From an uncultured delta proteobacterium (GTDB lineage: Bacteria; Myxococcota; Kuafuiibacteriia; Kuafuiibacteriales; Kuafuiibacteriaceae): a stretch of 64,000 nt of DNA. The notes beneath the pieces were generated by a model, which was given only the letters and a program-made list of their open reading frames with translations, did not search any database and was not told the origin of the DNA. Below are positions 60,049 through 64,000 of the stretch, one piece after another. The DNA is taken from assembly GCA_963803435.1 (NCBI GenBank), contig CAWDML010000003.1:192001-256000 (forward strand), read 5' to 3'. The position numbers and the translations under genes are program-made. The stretch's first letter is position 1. Each line of letters starts with the position of its first letter.

Positions 60049-62304
60049 ATGATGCGACCGATTCAGCCAGGCCTGGTAGCCATTGCCCTCATGTTCACCG
60101 GCGCTGCGGCGAACGCGCAGAGCTACACGCGCGCCGCCTCGACGAAGACCTTCCAGAGCATCGCCGGGACCGGCACCGCGCTGTCGCTCACAGACAACGA
60201 CGAAGGGTACGGCACCCTCTCGGCGCCGTTCTCCTTCAACCTCTACGGGACGCCGTTCGCCGCCGGATCGACGCTCTACGTCAGCAGCAATGGAACGCTG
60301 CACCTCGACTCGCAGGTCTCGAACTACAACAACGTCGCCATCCCGCTCACGTCGGTGCCGAACCAGTTCTTGGCGCCGTTCTGGGACGATCTCGACTTCC
60401 TTTCGGGCGGAGTCTTCTACCAGACCACCGGGACGACGGGCAGCCGCGTGCTGGTGATCGAGTGGAACAACGCGGGCAACTACAACGCGACCTCGGACAC
60501 GTTCAGCTTCCAGCTCCGCATCTACGAAGGCACCAACGTGATCGAGTTCGACTACGGCCCTCGCAGCGTCGTCGGCGCATGGGACGGGACGATTGGGATC
60601 GAGGATGCGTCCGGATCTGTGGGCGCGAGCGAGATCTGCACGCCGAGCTGCACGCCCGCGGACGTGGCGAGCAACACCGCCATCACGCTGACCCCGGGTG
60701 GCGGCGGCGGACAGTCGGACTTCACGGTGAGCTACGTGTCGACGCCGCCCACCAGCGCGCAGGAGAACGGCTCCTTCTCGCTGGACGTCGAGGTCGACAA
60801 CAACGGGTCGGTCGCCTCGCCTGCCGGCGACGTGGGCCTGTTCATCGGATCGTCCCCCACCGTGACGGCCTCGGACTACAACCTCGGCTACGGCACCTTC
60901 TCGAGCATCGCCTCGGGGAGCTACTACTTCGGGACGCTCAGCATCTCCATTCCGTCGGGCTACGCCGGCACCTGGTACATGGCGGTGATCGCCGATCCTT
61001 ACAACTCGGTCGTCGAGAGCAGCGAGAGCAACAACACGTATCCCCTGGGGACCATCACGATCACGGGTGTCTCGAGCAGCATCACGGTCACCACGACGAC
61101 GCTCCCCGGCGGCAGCATCGGCACCAGCTACAGCGCGCAGCTCCAGCAGTCGGGGGCCAGCTCACCGTACTGGTCGATCATCAGCGGATCGCTCCCGCCC
61201 GGGCTCACGCTCTACTCGAGCGGTCTGATCTCGGGCTCGCCGAGCGGTAGCGGCCTCTACAGCTTCCGCGTGCAGGCGGAGCAGGTCGACTTCATCCCCG
61301 GCACCGCGGATCTCACCATCAACGTGGGCGGCGGCGGCGGCATCTCGATCACGACCACCTCGCTCCCGGCGGGCACGGTGGGCGTACCGTACCAGGGCTT
61401 GCTTCAGGCGACGGGCGGACTGCCGCCGTACGCGTTCCAGATCATCTCGGGGCGGCCCGAGTGGCTCACGCTCGACAGCTCGGGCAACCTCAGCGGCACG
61501 CCGGATCAGCAGGGCTCGCATCAGCTCACCATCTCGGTGTTCGACTCGAACTCCGCCGACGCCAGCGCCACGCTCTCGCTCGAGGTTCAAGAGCCGCAGA
61601 CGCTCTCGATCGCCGGCGAGATCCCGGCCGGCGTCACGAACCGCGCCTACGACCAGCGCGTGGTCGTCGGCGGCGTGCCTCCATACCAGACCAACGTGGT
61701 GAGCGGCACGTTGCCGCCCGGCCTCGCCATCGACGTGACCGGTCAGCTCGCGGGCCTCCCGGCCGAGGGAGGGGACTACACGTTCACGCTCGAGACGACC
61801 GATTCGAACCAGGGCTCGGCGCAAGGTACCTTGCACCTGACAATCACGGAGCTCACCAACCTCGAGGTCAAGGACAAGGAGGTGCTCATCTACGTGAACA
61901 GCGACGTCGACACCACGCTGATGGCCAAGGGGGGAGTGCCGCCTTACAGCTGGAGCGTGACCGCCGGCGAGCTGTTGCCCGGTCTGACGTTCGACGCTTC
62001 GGGCCACATCGGAGGGCGTGTCGACAAGGTCGGCAACAACACCGTGACGTTCACGGTCAGCGACAGCGAGGGCTCCGTCGCTGAGGGCGAGGTCGCGGTG
62101 CGTGCGACCGTGTACCGCGCACCCAGCTCCCGCGGCAGCGATCGGCGCCGGGGCGGATGTGCTTGCGTGGCTCCGCAGGCTCCGAATCGACGCACCGGAT
62201 GGCTCTGGTTCCTCCTCATCGGTGTCGGGATCCTCGCGAGACAAGCGGGCGCCCGTCGTGTAGACAGGCGCCGTGGCCCTCCACGATCAGCCACGCCGCA
62301 CTAA
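60049..62304 (+). CDS. Secreted surface protein with CARDB-like and putative Ig (He_PIG) repeats and MYXO-CTERM-like anchor
   Basis: Signal peptide; LAPFWDDL; VVESSESNN; TTLPxGxxG...GGxPPY...GxLPPGL repeats; GGCAC + hydrophobic + basic C-terminus. Confidence 0.82.
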   Translation: MMRPIQPGLVAIALMFTGAAANAQSYTRAASTKTFQSIAGTGTALSLTDNDEGYGTLSAPFSFNLYGTPFAAGSTLYVSSNGTLHLDSQVSNYNNVAIPLTSVPNQFLAPFWDDLDFLSGGVFYQTTGTTGSRVLVIEWNNAGNYNATSDTFSFQLRIYEGTNVIEFDYGPRSVVGAWDGTIGIEDASGSVGASEICTPSCTPADVASNTAITLTPGGGGGQSDFTVSYVSTPPTSAQENGSFSLDVEVDNNGSVASPAGDVGLFIGSSPTVTASDYNLGYGTFSSIASGSYYFGTLSISIPSGYAGTWYMAVIADPYNSVVESSESNNTYPLGTITITGVSSSITVTTTTLPGGSIGTSYSAQLQQSGASSPYWSIISGSLPPGLTLYSSGLISGSPSGSGLYSFRVQAEQVDFIPGTADLTINVGGGGGISITTTSLPAGTVGVPYQGLLQATGGLPPYAFQIISGRPEWLTLDSSGNLSGTPDQQGSHQLTISVFDSNSADASATLSLEVQEPQTLSIAGEIPAGVTNRAYDQRVVVGGVPPYQTNVVSGTLPPGLAIDVTGQLAGLPAEGGDYTFTLETTDSNQGSAQGTLHLTITELTNLEVKDKEVLIYVNSDVDTTLMAKGGVPPYSWSVTAGELLPGLTFDASGHIGGRVDKVGNNTVTFTVSDSEGSVAEGEVAVRATVYRAPSSRGSDRRRGGCACVAPQAPNRRTGWLWFLLIGVGILARQAGARRVDRRRGPPRSATPH

Positions 62305-63712
62305 GATCGTCTGCACGATCGGCCCTTCCTCCTCATCGCCGGAGATCCTGGAGGACCTGATCCGCGCCGGCCTCGACGTGGCCAGGCTCAACTTCAGTCA
62401 CGGCTCCCACGAGGATCACCGCAAGATCTACGAGTGTGTCCGTGCCGCGGAGAAGCGCGTCGGCAAGCCGGTCGCGGTCCTGCAGGACCTCCAGGGGCCG
62501 AAGATCCGCCTGGGCAAGCTCGACGGCGAGGTGAGGCTCGAGGAGGGGCACGAGGTCATCATCCGCGCCGACTCGGACTTCGTCGGCAGCGCCGAGCTGC
62601 TGCCCGCCACCTACGATCGCCTGGCCAAGGACGTCCGCGTCGGCGAGCTGGTCCTGCTGGCCGACGGCCGGATCGTGCTCGAGATCCTGGAGGTCAACCA
62701 TCCGGACGTTCGCTGCTGCGTTCGCGTGGGCGGCGTCGTCACCTCCAACAAGGGGATCAACCTGCCAGGGACCCAGATCTCGGTCCCCTCGCTGACCGAG
62801 AAGGATCTGGTCGATCTCGAGTTCGGGCTCGAGCTGGGCGTCGACTACGTGGCGCTCTCCTTCGTGCGCACGCCTCACGACGTGCTGCTCCTCCACCAGC
62901 ACATGTCCCGCCTCGGCCGCGTGGTGCCATCGATCGCGAAGATCGAGAAGCCGCAGGCCGTCGAGCACCTCGAGGGGATCGTCGACGTCGCCGATGGGAT
63001 CATGGTGGCCCGCGGCGATCTGGGCGTGGAGCTGCCGCCGGAGCGTGTGCCCACGATCCAGCGGCGCGCGATCCGGATGGCGCGCCAGCGCGGCAAGCTG
63101 ACGGTGGTCGCGACCCAGATGCTCATGTCGATGACCGAGAACGCGCACCCGACTCACGCCGAGGTCTCGGACGTGGCGAACGCGGTCTTCGATGGGACGG
63201 ACGCGGTGATGCTGTCGGACGAGACCGCGGCCGGGAAGTATCCGGTCAAGGCGGTCGAGACGATGGCAGCGCTGGCGCACGCCGCCGAGGACGCACCCGA
63301 CGCGTTCGAGGCGCCCCAGTTCGTGGAGGCGATCCGTGCCTCGCACGCCTGGGCGATCTCCCACGCGGCCGTGGTGACGGCGCAGGAGATGACAGCCGAC
63401 GCCATCGTGTCGTTCACGCAGCGCGGTCTAGGGCCGCGGCTCGTCGCCAACTGGCGGCCGCGCTGCCGGATCCTCGGTTGCGCCACCACGGACGAGGACG
63501 TCCGGCGGATGGCCTTCTTCTGGGGCGTGCACCCGCTCAAGATCATGCCGCCGAGCAGCGTCGAGTCGCTGGTGGCCGCCGTGGAGAACGCGACGCTCGA
63601 TCAGGGCATCCTACCGGACGGCTCGACGATCGTGATCACCTCGAAGATGCCGTTCGCGGAGTCGCAGCCCACGAACATGTTGAAGCTGCACACGATCCGG
63701 CGCGCGCGCTGA
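62273..63712 (+). CDS. pyk: Pyruvate kinase
   Basis: RRTKIVCTIGP, RLNFSHG, DLQGPKIR, AKIEK and MVARGDLGVE. Confidence 0.97.
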   Translation: MALHDQPRRTKIVCTIGPSSSSPEILEDLIRAGLDVARLNFSHGSHEDHRKIYECVRAAEKRVGKPVAVLQDLQGPKIRLGKLDGEVRLEEGHEVIIRADSDFVGSAELLPATYDRLAKDVRVGELVLLADGRIVLEILEVNHPDVRCCVRVGGVVTSNKGINLPGTQISVPSLTEKDLVDLEFGLELGVDYVALSFVRTPHDVLLLHQHMSRLGRVVPSIAKIEKPQAVEHLEGIVDVADGIMVARGDLGVELPPERVPTIQRRAIRMARQRGKLTVVATQMLMSMTENAHPTHAEVSDVANAVFDGTDAVMLSDETAAGKYPVKAVETMAALAHAAEDAPDAFEAPQFVEAIRASHAWAISHAAVVTAQEMTADAIVSFTQRGLGPRLVANWRPRCRILGCATTDEDVRRMAFFWGVHPLKIMPPSSVESLVAAVENATLDQGILPDGSTIVITSKMPFAESQPTNMLKLHTIRRAR

Positions 63713-63713
63713 C

Positions 63714-64000
63714 TCACGTGAGCCGGAGGAGCGCGTCCCGCAGGCGGTCGAGGCCGCGCGCGATCGTGTCCATGTCGGCGGCGAAGGAGAGGCGGAGGTG
63801 GTTCCTGGCGCCGAACGGGCCGCCGGGGACGACCACCAGCGCGTGATCGTGGAGGAGGTGGGCGCTGATCGAGAAGGCGTCGTCGATCTCGCTGCCGTCG
63901 GGGAGGTGGCGGCCCACGTAGGCGCTCAGGTTGGGGAACACGTAGAACGCGCCCTTGGGATCGAAGCAGCTCACGTTCGGGATGGCGCGGAGTCGCCCGA
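63714..64000 (-). CDS. PLP-dependent aminotransferase class I/II, 3' end only
   Basis: PKGAFYVFP, VVPGGPFG and LRLSFA. Confidence 0.85.
   Translation of the reverse strand, partial: GRLRAIPNVSCFDPKGAFYVFPNLSAYVGRHLPDGSEIDDAFSISAHLLHDHALVVVPGGPFGARNHLRLSFAADMDTIARGLDRLRDALLRLT

Overview
A GC-rich bacterial chromosomal window, most likely Myxococcota (inferred from a MYXO-CTERM-like surface protein, several Hanks-type Ser/Thr kinases, DUF4388, an MJ0042-finger/GYF/TPR protein and Cys-rich lipoproteins). Housekeeping genes include nuoEF-JK, nuoM, dusA, fabG/fabD/fabH, rpmF, yceD, rplU-rpmA-obgE, atpDC, purH, purD, rpsT, mazG and pyk. Their operons are fragmented: fabH is inverted in place, nuoF runs straight into nuoJ, and nuoM and atpDC stand apart from their operons. 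Many genes have their own -10-like box 6-9 nt before the start codon, suggesting leaderless transcripts. The best candidate for an undescribed system is at 34.7-36.4 kb. Two small Gly-rich amphipathic peptides, each behind an identically spaced sigma-28-like promoter (GCAA-N15-C[C/G]CGATAA), alternate with ~160-aa proteins that share a C-terminal 'APKxG[ED]xxPE[GD]A' motif; a third family member lies at 32.1 kb. Other notable items are a 1089-aa multiheme cytochrome c lipoprotein next to a degenerate TupA-like binding protein and a CycH-C-terminal-like lipoprotein, an NTT-like MFS-HEAT-cNMP fusion, a pseudokinase, a decayed IS1182-like element and a small MITE. At least eight genes carry single-base frameshifts, mostly an extra base at GAT(C), which look like systematic sequencing errors. 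I saw no rRNA, tRNA or CRISPR array. Family assignments are from motif recognition only; no searches were run.
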